Shown: positions 29,509-39,850 of the stretch, piece after piece
Position numbering within the stretch: position 1 is the first letter of the stretch
Layout: each line of letters starts with the position of its first letter
Notes under the pieces: model-generated
Seen by the model: only the letters and a program-made list of their open reading frames with translations
Told to the model about the DNA's origin: nothing
The model's database searches: none
Made by a program: the position numbers and the translations under genes
Origin: Spirochaetia bacterium
GTDB lineage: Bacteria; Spirochaetota; Spirochaetia; SZUA-6; Bin103
Length of the DNA: 64,000 bases
Reading direction: 5' to 3'
Assembly (NCBI GenBank): GCA_965203055.1
Contig: OZ241863.1
Coordinates: 2,688,001 to 2,752,000 of the forward strand

Positions 29509-30645
29509 ATGCCACTACGCGCCGGAATCGTTGGCTGCGGCGGCATCAGCCGCAGTCATGCCACCGCCTACGCCCACCTTGGCGCCGCCACCCTGGCCGC
29601 GGTGTGCGACGTCGACCCGCAGCGGCTGCAGGCGCGCGCCGACGAGTTCGCGGTGCCCGGGCGCTATGCCGACTACCGCGAGATGTTCGCCCGCGAACGG
29701 CTCGACCTGGTCAGCGTCTGCACCCACGCCCCGCTGCACGCCGCGGTCACCTGCGCCGCGGCCGACGCCGGCATCCACGTGCTGTGCGAGAAGCCGCTGG
29801 CACTCGACCTGGAGAGCGCCGACCGCATGGTGGCGCACTGCGCCGCGGCCGGCGTACAGCTCGCGGTGAGCCACCAGTTCCGCTTCACTCCGGCGCTGCG
29901 GCTGGCCCGGCGGCTGGTGGCGGAGGGCCGCATCGGCGCGCTGCGCTGCGTGCGGGAAATCGGCAAGGGGCGCCCCGCCGGCTTCGAGCTGATGGAGATG
30001 GGCGTCCACTACTTCGACGAGCTGGCCTTCTTCCTGGACGGCATCGCCTGGATCTTCGCGCGCATCAGCTACCGCGGCCGCGACGCCGGCGCGGGCGACG
30101 TCATGCACAGCAGCGAGCTGTGCAACAGCGACCGGCGCGACAACGGCATGGTGGCGGGCGATACGATGTTGATCCAGGCCGGCGGGCGCGGCGGCGCCGC
30201 GGGGTTGGTGGAACTCTATCCGCGCGCCTCCCGCGACAACTGGATCGCCGGCCCGCACCTGCTGGGGGACCGCGGCCAACTGATGATCAAGGGCAACCCG
30301 CGCAGCTACGACTACGAACTGTGGTACTGTCCGAGCGACGTGTCGTTCGCCGCCCATACGCCGGCCTGGGAGCGAGTCGAGATTCCCGCGCCGGACTATC
30401 TCATCGAGGGCAAGGCGTGGCCCGGGCACCCCTCCATCTGGAGCGTGCGGGACATGCTGCAGGCGCTGCTGGAAGGACGGCCGCCGGAGCTGGGCGGGGC
30501 CAACGCCGGCAACTCGCTGGAGTGCGTCAGCGCGGTGTACGAATCCCACTTCACCGGCGCGCGCGCCACCCTGCCGCTGGCCGAGCGCCGCCACCCGCTG
30601 ACCCGCCGGCTCGCCGCGGCCGGCAACGACGCTTCCGCGCGGTGA
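29509..30645 (+). CDS. Gfo/Idh/MocA family oxidoreductase
   Basis: GGAGG RBS; GIVGCGGIS, HVLCEKPLA, EMGVHYFD. Confidence 0.9.
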   Translation: MPLRAGIVGCGGISRSHATAYAHLGAATLAAVCDVDPQRLQARADEFAVPGRYADYREMFARERLDLVSVCTHAPLHAAVTCAAADAGIHVLCEKPLALDLESADRMVAHCAAAGVQLAVSHQFRFTPALRLARRLVAEGRIGALRCVREIGKGRPAGFELMEMGVHYFDELAFFLDGIAWIFARISYRGRDAGAGDVMHSSELCNSDRRDNGMVAGDTMLIQAGGRGGAAGLVELYPRASRDNWIAGPHLLGDRGQLMIKGNPRSYDYELWYCPSDVSFAAHTPAWERVEIPAPDYLIEGKAWPGHPSIWSVRDMLQALLEGRPPELGGANAGNSLECVSAVYESHFTGARATLPLAERRHPLTRRLAAAGNDASAR

Positions 30646-30697
30646 CGCGCCCGCCGTTGGTCACGTGCGGTTTGACCTTCGACGCGTGACGTATTGA

Positions 30698-30732
30698 CGT
30701 GATATTGTCACTGGAAGAATGACAATATCACG
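30698..30732. promoter_or_regulatory. Perfect 13-bp AT-rich inverted repeat (operator-like, or terminator between convergent genes)
   Basis: CGTGATATTGTCA-N9-TGACAATATCACG. Confidence 0.7.
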
Positions 30733-30840
30733 CGCCCTTCTGCGCGCCAAGCTCACCGAGTCGCTGGCCCTGGCGCCGGCGCGCCTTACGCGCTCGACCT
30801 GCCCGAACCCGGCGCGCTACCGTTCGTGGCGCCGCGGCGT

Positions 30841-31815
30841 TCACTTGTACAGGTAACAGGAAGCGTAGTGGCCGTCTTCTCCGACCTGATAGAGCGGCGG
30901 CCGGCCAAGCTGGCACTCCGCCATCGCGTGGGGGCAGCGGCTATGGAACTTGCAACCCGCCTTGTCATCCTTGCCCAGTTCTTCCGCGGTCGATACCTCG
31001 ATATCTTCTTCCCACTTGAGGGCCGGATCAGGGTTGGGAACGGAACCGATGAGAAGCTGGGTATAGGGGTGCTGGGGATTGCTGATTACCCCGGTGGCAT
31101 CGCCGGTCTCGGACACCGACCCTTCGTACAGAATGAAGATACGATCGCTGATCTGATACGCGGTCGAGAGGTCATGGGTGATGTAGAGGAAGCTGATGCC
31201 GAACTCTTCCTTCAACTTGAGCATGATGTCGAGGATCATCGCTCTGAGTGAGGCATCGATCATCGAAACCGGCTCGTCGGCAACGATCAGCCGCGGTTTG
31301 GGCAGGAAGGCGCGCGCCACGATGATCCGCTGCCTCTGGCCGCCTGAGAGCTGGTGCGGGTATTTTCCCAGAATCTCCTGCGGCCGCAAGCCAACCACCC
31401 GCAGCGCGTCATCGACGATCTCCGCAGCCTCGGCCTTGCTGCGCGCCAGGTTGAATTCCGCTATCGCCATGTGGAATACGTGATCGACCCGGTAGAAGGG
31501 GTTGAACGCGGCGTAGGGATCCTGGAACACGGCCTGGCACTGGCGCCGGTAGAACATCAGTTCCTTTCTCGACATCCGGTGCAGGTCGCGGCCCTGCCAC
31601 AGGATCTCGCCCGAGGTCGGCTTGATGAAGTCGAGAATCAGGCGGGCAAGAGTGGTCTTGCCGCTGCCCGACTCCCCGGCGATCGCCGTAATCATCGGTT
31701 GGTCGTCGTACAGAGTAAGGGAGAAGTCATCGAGCGCTACCGTTTGATGGCGCCTCCCCAAACCGCCGCCGAAGACTTTGGTAAGGTTCCTTACTTCGAG
31801 TAATCGGTTCGTCAT
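30841..31815 (-). CDS. Oligopeptide/oligosaccharide ABC transporter ATP-binding protein (OppF-like)
   Basis: GESGSGKT, LSGGQRQR, ADEPVSMIDAS, GCKFHSRC. Confidence 0.93.
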   Translation of the reverse strand: MTNRLLEVRNLTKVFGGGLGRRHQTVALDDFSLTLYDDQPMITAIAGESGSGKTTLARLILDFIKPTSGEILWQGRDLHRMSRKELMFYRRQCQAVFQDPYAAFNPFYRVDHVFHMAIAEFNLARSKAEAAEIVDDALRVVGLRPQEILGKYPHQLSGGQRQRIIVARAFLPKPRLIVADEPVSMIDASLRAMILDIMLKLKEEFGISFLYITHDLSTAYQISDRIFILYEGSVSETGDATGVISNPQHPYTQLLIGSVPNPDPALKWEEDIEVSTAEELGKDDKAGCKFHSRCPHAMAECQLGRPPLYQVGEDGHYASCYLYK

Positions 31816-31828
31816 CTTCTCAAGGGTC

Positions 31829-32788
31829 TCAAGGGTAGAGATGGCAGGCTACCATGCGCCCCGGCCTGACCTCGCGATATTCCGGCACTTCCTTGCCGCA
31901 TCGCTCCATCGCTTGCGGGCAGCGCGGATGAAAGATGCAACCCGACGGCGGCGACAGCAGCGTCGGCGGCAGGCCCGGTATTCCCGCCAGCCGCTTCTTC
32001 TCCTTGACCGAAGGCACCGAACCGATGAGGAGCTGGGTATAGGGATGAAGGGGATCTTTGTAGATGTCCTCCGCCGGACTCACTTCGGCCACCTTGCCGG
32101 CGTACATCACCGCCAGGCGGTCCACCAATTGAGCGAGGAGCCCCATGTCGTGTCCGATGATTACCAGAGACGCGCCCAGGCGTTCCTGCACCTTGATGAG
32201 AGTCTGGGTAACGACGCGCTGGACCACGACGTCGAGAGCGCTGGTCGGCTCGTCGGCGATTATGACCTGGGGCTGGAGGACGATCGCCATGGCAATGCAG
32301 ACCCGCTGCTTCATACCGCCCGAAAGCTCATGCGGGTACATGTTGTAGACGCGGGCCGGCAAGCCGACCATGCCCAGCAGTTCGACGATCCTCTCCTTCG
32401 ACTCAGCGCGTCCCCCGGATCCGCCATGGGCGGTAACCGCGTCCGTAATCTGACTGCCTATCTTCACAACCGGGTTCAGGGAGTTCATCGACCCCTGGGG
32501 AATCAACGAGATACGGCTCCAGCGCACCGCCCGCATCTCCTCGTCATCCAGTTGGAGCAGGTCGGCGCCGTCCAGGACGATGCGTCCCTGCTCGATCGAG
32601 CCTGGCGGCTTGATCAGCCGCAACAGCGACATCGCCGTAGTCGACTTGCCGCAGCCCGACTCGCCGACGATGCCGAAACGCTCCCCCTTTCCTACTTCCA
32701 GGTTGATGCCGTCCACCGCCTTGATCGGTCCAAGACCGGTCCAGTAATAGACCTTGAGATCCTCGATGCGGAGCGCATGCCCGTTCAT
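31829..32788 (-). CDS. ABC transporter ATP-binding protein (OppD-like)
   Basis: [33 protein letters not shown]. Confidence 0.93.
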   Translation of the reverse strand: MNGHALRIEDLKVYYWTGLGPIKAVDGINLEVGKGERFGIVGESGCGKSTTAMSLLRLIKPPGSIEQGRIVLDGADLLQLDDEEMRAVRWSRISLIPQGSMNSLNPVVKIGSQITDAVTAHGGSGGRAESKERIVELLGMVGLPARVYNMYPHELSGGMKQRVCIAMAIVLQPQVIIADEPTSALDVVVQRVVTQTLIKVQERLGASLVIIGHDMGLLAQLVDRLAVMYAGKVAEVSPAEDIYKDPLHPYTQLLIGSVPSVKEKKRLAGIPGLPPTLLSPPSGCIFHPRCPQAMERCGKEVPEYREVRPGRMVACHLYP

Positions 32789-33666
32789 GACTGCGTCCCC
32801 CCCTTTCTGACCCTGGGGTTGTAGACCTCGTCGAGGCCGATGTTGATGAGCTGCAGGCCAACGAACACGAGAACGATGGCGATCATGGGCGGCAGCACCC
32901 ACCAGAGTATGCCGCGGATCAACGCCCCCCGCCACATGGCCCAGTAGATCATGACGCCCAAGGTGGTGGTGTTCTGCGGCCCCAATCCGAGGATTTCGAG
33001 GAACACCTCGGCCAGGATGGCGCCGGACACCGCGTTGGCGAAGGTGGTTCCGACGTATGGCAGCATGTTGGGAAGGATCTCTCTGAAGACGATCTTCAGG
33101 TCGCTCATCCCGGACAGCTTGGCCATGTTGATGAACTCCCGCTTTCTCAGGCTGAGGACCTGGGAGCGGAAGGTCCGGGCCGGAAACGGCCAGGCGAATA
33201 CCGCCAGGATCAGGACCAGGGCCGGGATCGTCAGGAATCGCACGTAGGAAGAAAGCACGACGAGCAGCGGTATCGTCGGGATTACCAGAAATACGTCGGT
33301 GATGCTGCGCAGGGAATCATCGACGAATCCGCCTCGGTAGCCGCTGATGATGCCCACCGCCGAGCCGACGACGAGGCCGACCAGACCGGTAAAGAAACCG
33401 ATGATGAGCGACTGCCTTACGGAGTGGACCAGTTGGTCGAATATGTCCCTTCCAAGGGTATCGGTGCCCAGCAGGTTTTCGAAGGAGGGGGGAAGATCGG
33501 GCGCGTTCAATCCTATCGTCGCAACGTCGTACGGAGCCAGGAAGTCAGCGCTGGCGGCGATGATCACGAGCACGATTATGATGATGAAGCCGGACGACAG
33601 CTTGGAGTTGCGGAGGAAGACGAAGCCGACGGCGCGCTTGAGGGAAGAAGAGAGGGAGCCTGTCAA
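32785..33666 (-). CDS. ABC transporter permease (OppC-like)
   Basis: LGTDTLGRDIF, hydrophobic helices, GLDEVYNPR. Confidence 0.92.
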   Translation of the reverse strand: MTGSLSSSLKRAVGFVFLRNSKLSSGFIIIIVLVIIAASADFLAPYDVATIGLNAPDLPPSFENLLGTDTLGRDIFDQLVHSVRQSLIIGFFTGLVGLVVGSAVGIISGYRGGFVDDSLRSITDVFLVIPTIPLLVVLSSYVRFLTIPALVLILAVFAWPFPARTFRSQVLSLRKREFINMAKLSGMSDLKIVFREILPNMLPYVGTTFANAVSGAILAEVFLEILGLGPQNTTTLGVMIYWAMWRGALIRGILWWVLPPMIAIVLVFVGLQLINIGLDEVYNPRVRKGGTQS

Positions 33667-33669
33667 CGG

Positions 33670-34677
33670 TCAATCGCCTCCATGGCTGATTCGTGGATCT
33701 ATGATCGGATACAACAGCTCGAGGATCAGGTTTGCGGTAAGGACGGCAAGGATGGTCAGCAGCAATATCCCCTGCAACAGGTTGTAGTCGAGGTTGCCGA
33801 TCGCCGACAGCAGCAGCGCCCCGATGCCGGGATAATTGAAGATGGTCTCCGTCAGGATCGAGCCGTTCATGACGAACCCGAGATATATCCCGAACGCCGC
33901 TGCCTGCGGCAGGAGGGCATTCCTCAGGGCGTACTTGAGCAGCACGACTTGTCGCTTCAGCCCTTTGGCCTCGGCCAGAAGGATGTAGTCTTCGCCGAGC
34001 GTGGTCAGGATCATCGACCTCATGGTGATGACCCAGAACCCTATTGACGCAATCACGATCGAGAGCGCGGGCAGCGTAGCGTGGTAGATGATGTCCCACA
34101 CCAGCCTGATGCCTTCGGGACGGCCGCCGATCAGCCTGAACCCGCCGGAGGAAGGGAAGATCGGTATGTTGTAGGCAAAGAAGAATACCAGGAGCATGGC
34201 CACGAAGTAGTAGGGAATCTGATTCAGACCCAGGCTCAACACGACGATTGCCGAGTTGGTCTTCGACTCCCGTCTCCAGCCTACCACCGCTCCGAGAAGG
34301 TTGCCGAGAATCCAGCTGATGACGGTCGCAACCAGGAGCAGCCCCATCGTCCAGGGGATGGCGGTAAACAACAGCTCCTGCACGGTGGTGGGAAACGCCA
34401 TGATCGAAGGTCCCAGGTCGCCCCGGAACAGACTCCAGAGGTACCGGACGTATTGTTCGAACCAGCTCCCGTTCAGGCCGAACTGCTCCTTGTATGCCTC
34501 GATGATCTCGGTTCCGCCGGAAACGATCTCGCCGTGCTGCGCCATCTGCGCCAGGAGCGCGGAGATCGGGTCACCGGGGATCAGTCGGGGAATGAAGAAA
34601 TTCGCGCTGATGGCGATGAAGACCGTCAACAGATACGCGACCAACCTCCTCCCGATATATCTCACGAGAACGGGCAT
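33670..34677 (-). CDS. ABC transporter permease (OppB-like)
   Basis: NFFIPRLIPGDP, EDYILLAEAKGL, IDPRI. Confidence 0.93.
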   Translation of the reverse strand: MPVLVRYIGRRLVAYLLTVFIAISANFFIPRLIPGDPISALLAQMAQHGEIVSGGTEIIEAYKEQFGLNGSWFEQYVRYLWSLFRGDLGPSIMAFPTTVQELLFTAIPWTMGLLLVATVISWILGNLLGAVVGWRRESKTNSAIVVLSLGLNQIPYYFVAMLLVFFFAYNIPIFPSSGGFRLIGGRPEGIRLVWDIIYHATLPALSIVIASIGFWVITMRSMILTTLGEDYILLAEAKGLKRQVVLLKYALRNALLPQAAAFGIYLGFVMNGSILTETIFNYPGIGALLLSAIGNLDYNLLQGILLLTILAVLTANLILELLYPIIDPRISHGGD

Positions 34678-34703
34678 TTCTCAGAGCGCTCCTTCTAGGG
34701 AAT

Positions 34704-34738
34704 CCTCTGCTCCAGGGAGGGTGTCCCTGGAGCAGAGG
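34704..34738 (-). terminator. 15-bp stem-loop between the SBP and permease genes
   Basis: CCTCTGCTCCAGGGA / TCCCTGGAGCAGAGG with a 5-nt loop. Confidence 0.7.
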
Positions 34739-34765
34739 GGAATGAGACTGGCCAAACTACCGAGC

Positions 34766-36478
34766 TTATTGAGGCTCGACCTCCAGCAGCACGAAGAGGA
34801 AGTGAGGCCACCAATGGTTCGGGGTCATGTAGGGGTCGTCGGCGCTTGGGAAGCCCTTCCAATGGAGGGTATCGAAGGTGCTCGAGAAGTAGGTTTGCAG
34901 GGTGCCGATGACGGGCAGGTCGCGCAAGTAGATCTCCTGCGCCTGCTTGAGAATCACCTGCGCCCTGGGATCGTCCGGCAACAGCCCGGTCAGCTCGTCG
35001 ATCAACCGGTCGTACTCAGGGTCCGAGTAGCGGATCTGGTTCTGGTCGGCCGACTCGCCTTCCGGCATCGCATACTTGCTGTGGAAGCCTTCCAGCCAGG
35101 CGTAGGGATCCCAGGCATGACCCAGGCCCTGAGCGCAGGCCCAGGCAACGTTCATGTCGTAATTGTTGCGCCGCCAGGCTTCGCCATGCGGGGCCGGTTC
35201 CAGGACTTTCCACGATGCGTCTACCCCAATGGCCTTGAGATCTTCGCTGATGCTCTGCGCCATCTCGCGGTGACCGGACCACGGCGGAGAGATGATGACC
35301 CAGGAGAGACGGTCTCCTTCCGGGGTCACGTAGATTCCGTCCCGGCCCTTCTCGAATCCCAGCTTCTCGAACATCGCCACCGATCTCTTGGGGTCGTGCA
35401 ACTCGGTGTCGTACTTCTCCAGGATATCCTTCCACTCTTCGAGGTAGGGCGTGATCGTGCCGTAGTAGGGATACGGCAGCTTGGTACCCGTGGTGGTCCC
35501 TTCGAAGGCGGCGAAGTTCAGCTTGTTCTTGTTGATGGCATACGATATCGCCCAGCGCACTTCAGGGTTGTCGAGCGGCGGCCGCTGGATGTTGAACCAC
35601 AGCGCCCTGGTGCAGGGGTCGAGAGCGTTCCACAATACCACGTCCTCGTTGCGGCGCATGATGGTCTCGTACTGGGACTTGGTGAAGCCGGACCAGACGT
35701 CCATGCGGTGCTCGATCTGTTCGATCATCATCTTCTCGGCCGGCCCCGGACCGGTGACCAGCAGGAACTTCGCACCGGGGGATTTGCCCATCACGTCCTT
35801 GGCCCAATAGTCTTCCCGGCGTTCCCAGGTGACCGCCTCGGCGCTGGACTCCAGCAGCCGGTAGGGACCGGTCCACACCGGGTCGGGGAAGTTCTTGTAG
35901 GTGGTTGGATCCTCCTTCGACCAAATGTGTTCGGGGACGATCGGCGGCACCCACAGTCCGATCAGGAAGGTGTAGTGAGCTCTGGTATTGGGCTCCTTGA
36001 GGCGAATGAACACGGTGTGGGAATCTTCCGCCCGGATCTCACTCATCCACTCCCTTATCCACACCGACCAGCGCAGCGTGGGAGCATTCTCCTTCAACAT
36101 GTTGTAGGTGAAGACCACGTCGTCGGCGTTGAAGTCTTCGCCGTCGTTCCACTTGACACCCTCCCGCAACTTGATGGTGATGGTGTCGTGGTTGGGTCCA
36201 TACTCGAATTCGGTGCCGAGCCAGGGCACTATCTCTCCCTGGTAGAGGTTCATGTAGAACAGATTCTCCGCCGCCCACCAGTTTCCATTTTCGCCGCGGT
36301 GTCCGGCCAGGTATGGGTTGTAGAGCTCGGGTGCGCCAAACTTCCGTCCGGCTCTGACGATCAAGGTATCTTCCCGGGGCATCGTCTGGGCAAGTACCGG
36401 CTCCGCCGCGAGGATCAGAGTAAATACCGCCGCCAGAGATGACGCGAAAAGCCTCATTGACTTCGAGGTCAAGTTCAT
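34766..36478 (-). CDS. Family-5 ABC substrate-binding protein with signal peptide
   Basis: Signal peptide; LREGVKWNDGEDFNADDVVFT; PVWTGPY; VRWAISYAIN. Confidence 0.93.
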   Translation of the reverse strand: MNLTSKSMRLFASSLAAVFTLILAAEPVLAQTMPREDTLIVRAGRKFGAPELYNPYLAGHRGENGNWWAAENLFYMNLYQGEIVPWLGTEFEYGPNHDTITIKLREGVKWNDGEDFNADDVVFTYNMLKENAPTLRWSVWIREWMSEIRAEDSHTVFIRLKEPNTRAHYTFLIGLWVPPIVPEHIWSKEDPTTYKNFPDPVWTGPYRLLESSAEAVTWERREDYWAKDVMGKSPGAKFLLVTGPGPAEKMMIEQIEHRMDVWSGFTKSQYETIMRRNEDVVLWNALDPCTRALWFNIQRPPLDNPEVRWAISYAINKNKLNFAAFEGTTTGTKLPYPYYGTITPYLEEWKDILEKYDTELHDPKRSVAMFEKLGFEKGRDGIYVTPEGDRLSWVIISPPWSGHREMAQSISEDLKAIGVDASWKVLEPAPHGEAWRRNNYDMNVAWACAQGLGHAWDPYAWLEGFHSKYAMPEGESADQNQIRYSDPEYDRLIDELTGLLPDDPRAQVILKQAQEIYLRDLPVIGTLQTYFSSTFDTLHWKGFPSADDPYMTPNHWWPHFLFVLLEVEPQ

Positions 36479-37167
36479 TTCTCTCCTTTATTTCCTTTGA
36501 AGAGGTCGTACGAATCGATATCCGAGATAACGGATCCCTCCTGCAGTTGTCCTGTTCCTCCTGTCTAAGCCACTACCTCCCTTGTTTCAGATACCGACCG
36601 CAAGGTCAAACAGGACCCGTGTATAGCGTGTCGTTTCACCTCTGTCAAGACGCGGCGCGGCCGGCAACGGCCGGCAACCGGGCCGCCGGTCGAGGCGGCA
36701 TACGGGTATGAGGGGGCCGACCGTTGCCGCGGCCCCGGCGCAGCGCGTCTGCCGGGGCCGCGGATCGGCAGTCCGCGTCACCGGGCGGTCGCCGCCAGGC
36801 GCCGGCGCGCCGGGCCGGGCAACCCGGCGCGGCGCCAGGGTCGCGCCGCACGCGCTCCGTCACCACCGACGGATCCACGATCGCCCGCAGCTCGCCGCCG
36901 GCGCACCGATTCCGGAATGGTCTGCCGCCGAGCGGCGTTGGTCACGGCCGGGGCCGACAGGCCGCATTCACGCGATTACGTCAAGATGGCGTGAATGGAG
37001 GGCTTTTATTGAGGGTCATTCACGCCCTTTCGCCGGTCCACTGCGGACCGGGGCCGCCGCCGGGGCGGGCCTCCCTTGTCGGCGCGGCAGGGAGGCGCGA
37101 GCCAATGCGGGCCGCGTCCCGGGCGCCGCCTGCGCCGCGGCGGTTGTGGGGTATGGTAGGGGCAGCG

Positions 37168-38058
37168 ATGGGAGACCCGGTGGCGTTGCGTGATTCTCGT
37201 GCCTTGCCGTTCCGGCAATCGACGATCCCGGCGGTCAACGTAGCCGCCGTTCCCCAACGCAGCCCGCTGCGGTATCCCGGCGGGAAGACGTGGCTGGTTC
37301 CTCATGTTCGCCACTGGCTGCGTGACCGCAGCACGGCGCTTCTGGTCGAGCCGTTCGCCGGCGGGGGCATCGTATCCTTGACCGCGGTGATGGAAGAACT
37401 GGCGGAACGGGCGCACATGGTGGATCTGGATCGCGACGTGGCCGCGTTCTGGCGCGCTGCCTTGGAGCGCAACGCCGAGCTGATCACGAAGATACGTCGT
37501 TTCGTTCCTGACCGGGAGAGCGTCGAGAAGCTGTCACGGCGCGCTCCGGGAGACTTGCTGGAACATGGGTTCCGTACGCTGGTGCTGAACCGCACGCGGC
37601 GCGGCGGCGTACTTGCGCCCGGGGCATCGCTGATCAGGCATGGAGAAAACGAGCAAGGGGTTTCTTCGCGCTGGTATCCGGCCACGCTGGAGAACCGCCT
37701 GCGCGCAATTGCGGCGTATGCGGGCCGATTGACCTTCCACGAAGGTGACGGCGTTCGCGTGTTGCAGGAGACCCTCGCCGAGCGCCGCGGGAAAGCGCGC
37801 TTCTTCGTCGATCCGCCATACACCGGGGCTGGCGGCAAGCGCGCCGGCTCACGCCTGTATGCGCACAACGAGGTAGATCATCAGCGCATCTTCAGCCTGT
37901 TGGCGGATAGCGGAGCCGATTTTCTGATGACCTACGATTGCAGCGACGAAATCGTCGATCTGGTAGGCAGGTTCGATTTCCACGCCGCGCTGGTCGAGAT
38001 GAAGACCGGTCATCACGCTCGCCTTGCCGAGCTGATCATCACCCGGGACCGGCTGTGA
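37168..38058 (+). CDS. DNA adenine methyltransferase (Dam/D12 class), no adjacent endonuclease
   Basis: SPLRYPGGK, motif I VEPFAGGG, motif IV FVDPPY, MTYD. Confidence 0.92.
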   Translation: MGDPVALRDSRALPFRQSTIPAVNVAAVPQRSPLRYPGGKTWLVPHVRHWLRDRSTALLVEPFAGGGIVSLTAVMEELAERAHMVDLDRDVAAFWRAALERNAELITKIRRFVPDRESVEKLSRRAPGDLLEHGFRTLVLNRTRRGGVLAPGASLIRHGENEQGVSSRWYPATLENRLRAIAAYAGRLTFHEGDGVRVLQETLAERRGKARFFVDPPYTGAGGKRAGSRLYAHNEVDHQRIFSLLADSGADFLMTYDCSDEIVDLVGRFDFHAALVEMKTGHHARLAELIITRDRL

Positions 38059-38093
38059 CTTCAGTGCGGGCCTAACACCGGCGCCCGCGCCGG

Positions 38094-38660
38094 TCAGCCG
38101 CCGAGGTGCTCCACCCGCACTTCTTCGAGCAGGATTCCCCAGGTCTTGCCGGGGTGATCGCGCAGGTCGTGCACCACCAGGTCGAAGGTCACCTGCGTGA
38201 CCCGGTCGGCGCGCACCCGGATGTCGGTCCGCGCCGGGGACAGCTCCAGCGGCACCTCCACGTGCCGGCCGCGCACCACGCCGCGCGCGGCCGAAGCCAG
38301 TACCTCGGCCGCGTCGTAGCGCCCGGCGGGCACCCACTGCCGGGTCAGCTCGACGGTCGCGCCGTCCTGGTAGCGCGTCAGATCGATCTCCTGCGGGTCC
38401 ACGGCGACCGCCAGCCAGCCGGCGTCGTTCCCGGCACCGCGGCGGTGCAGGCGCGCGCCGTCCACGGTGACGACCAGCGCGGTGAAGTCGTCGATCGCCT
38501 CGCGATGGTCGGTGATCAGCACGACCACCTCGCCGCTTTCCTCCTCGCCGGAGGCGGACGCCGGCGCCGGGGCGGCGCTCAGCAGACCCAGCAGCAAGGC
38601 GCCGGCCGCCATGGCGCACCGCCCGCGCCGGGCGCCCGCCCTCAGACGCACGCGTGCCAT
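38094..38660 (-). CDS. Secreted protein, DUF4382-like (start 38660 or 38612)
   Basis: Signal peptide ALLLGLLSAAPAPASA; VVVLITDH..IDDF.ALVVTV...LH; IDLT; VPAGRY. Confidence 0.6.
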   Translation of the reverse strand: MARVRLRAGARRGRCAMAAGALLLGLLSAAPAPASASGEEESGEVVVLITDHREAIDDFTALVVTVDGARLHRRGAGNDAGWLAVAVDPQEIDLTRYQDGATVELTRQWVPAGRYDAAEVLASAARGVVRGRHVEVPLELSPARTDIRVRADRVTQVTFDLVVHDLRDHPGKTWGILLEEVRVEHLGG

Positions 38661-39844
38661 GGCCGCGTCGTGTGGCCGCGGCGGCGCTGCCACCGGTCGC
38701 CGCCGTATACCAGTACGCCATGCCGGGCAGCCGGGCTGCCGCGGGCGCAGAACCAGTCCAGCCCATCGTAGAGCGCGCCGCTGAGCGTGAGTCCCGCCTT
38801 CATCTCCACCGGCAGCAGGCGCGCGCCGTCGTCGATCACCAGATCGACTTCGTGACCGCTGCGGTCGCGCCAGAAATAGAGCGGCGAGCGGACGCCCCGG
38901 TGGGTGAACGCCTTGAGGTATTCGCCCACCACGAAGGTCTCGAATATCGCTCCGCGATTGGCGTGCAGCGCGAGCTGCTCGGGTTCCCGGATGCGCAGCA
39001 GGTTGCACAACAGGCCGGTGTCCAGAAAGTAGAGCTTGGGACTCTTGATCACGCGCTTGGCGAAGTTGCGGTGATGCGGCGGCAGCAGGTGCACCACGAA
39101 CAGCGCCTGCAGCACGGAGAGCCAGGCGCCGGCCGTGGTGTGCGAGACGCCGCAGTCGGAACCGAGCGATGACAGATTCAGAAGCTGCCCGCTGCGGCCC
39201 GCGCAGAGCAGCGCGAAGCGGCGGAAGGTGTCCAGGTCGCCCACGCCGCCAAGCTCGCGCACGTCGCGTTCCACGTAGGTAGTGTAGTAGGAACCGAGCC
39301 AGTCCGCGGCGTCGAGCCGGCGGTCGTGGATGCGCGGGAACAGCCCCTGGTAGAGGACGCCATGCAGATCGAGTCCGGCCGGCGCCGGCGGGTCGCCGGC
39401 AACCGGTTCATGCGGGCGCCATGGGTCGCCGCCCGGCGCCCCGGTCAGCTCCGACAAGCCGAGCGGCAGCAGCACGCACACCGCGGCCCGCCCGGCCAGC
39501 GTCTGGCTTACCGAGCGGGTGAGGGGGAGCTGCTGCGAGCCGGTAAGAACGTAACGGCCGGGTGTCGGGTCCTCGTCCACCAGTGCCTGGACGTAGGACA
39601 GGAGCTCCGGCGCCCGCTGCACTTCGTCCAGAATCACCCCCGAACGGTGCGCCGCCAGCAATCCGCGCGGGTCGTCCAGCGCATGATCCCTGGTGTCCGG
39701 CTCCTCCAGGTTCAGATAGGCATGGGCGGCGAACACCGACTTGGCGAGCGTCGTCTTGCCCGATTGACGCGGCCCGGTCAGAAACAGCGCCGGGAACTGG
39801 CCGGCCAACCGCCGCAGCCGGGCCTCGAGGGTGCGCCGAAACAT
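38642..39844 (-). CDS. AAA_14 ATPase with DUF4143 domain
   Basis: GPRQSGKT, ILDEVQ, LTGS, LAGR, KSPKLYFLDTGL, FWRDRSGHEVDLVI..PVEMK. Confidence 0.92.
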   Translation of the reverse strand: MFRRTLEARLRRLAGQFPALFLTGPRQSGKTTLAKSVFAAHAYLNLEEPDTRDHALDDPRGLLAAHRSGVILDEVQRAPELLSYVQALVDEDPTPGRYVLTGSQQLPLTRSVSQTLAGRAAVCVLLPLGLSELTGAPGGDPWRPHEPVAGDPPAPAGLDLHGVLYQGLFPRIHDRRLDAADWLGSYYTTYVERDVRELGGVGDLDTFRRFALLCAGRSGQLLNLSSLGSDCGVSHTTAGAWLSVLQALFVVHLLPPHHRNFAKRVIKSPKLYFLDTGLLCNLLRIREPEQLALHANRGAIFETFVVGEYLKAFTHRGVRSPLYFWRDRSGHEVDLVIDDGARLLPVEMKAGLTLSGALYDGLDWFCARGSPAARHGVLVYGGDRWQRRRGHTTRPWHACV

Positions 39845-39850
39845 GCGCTC

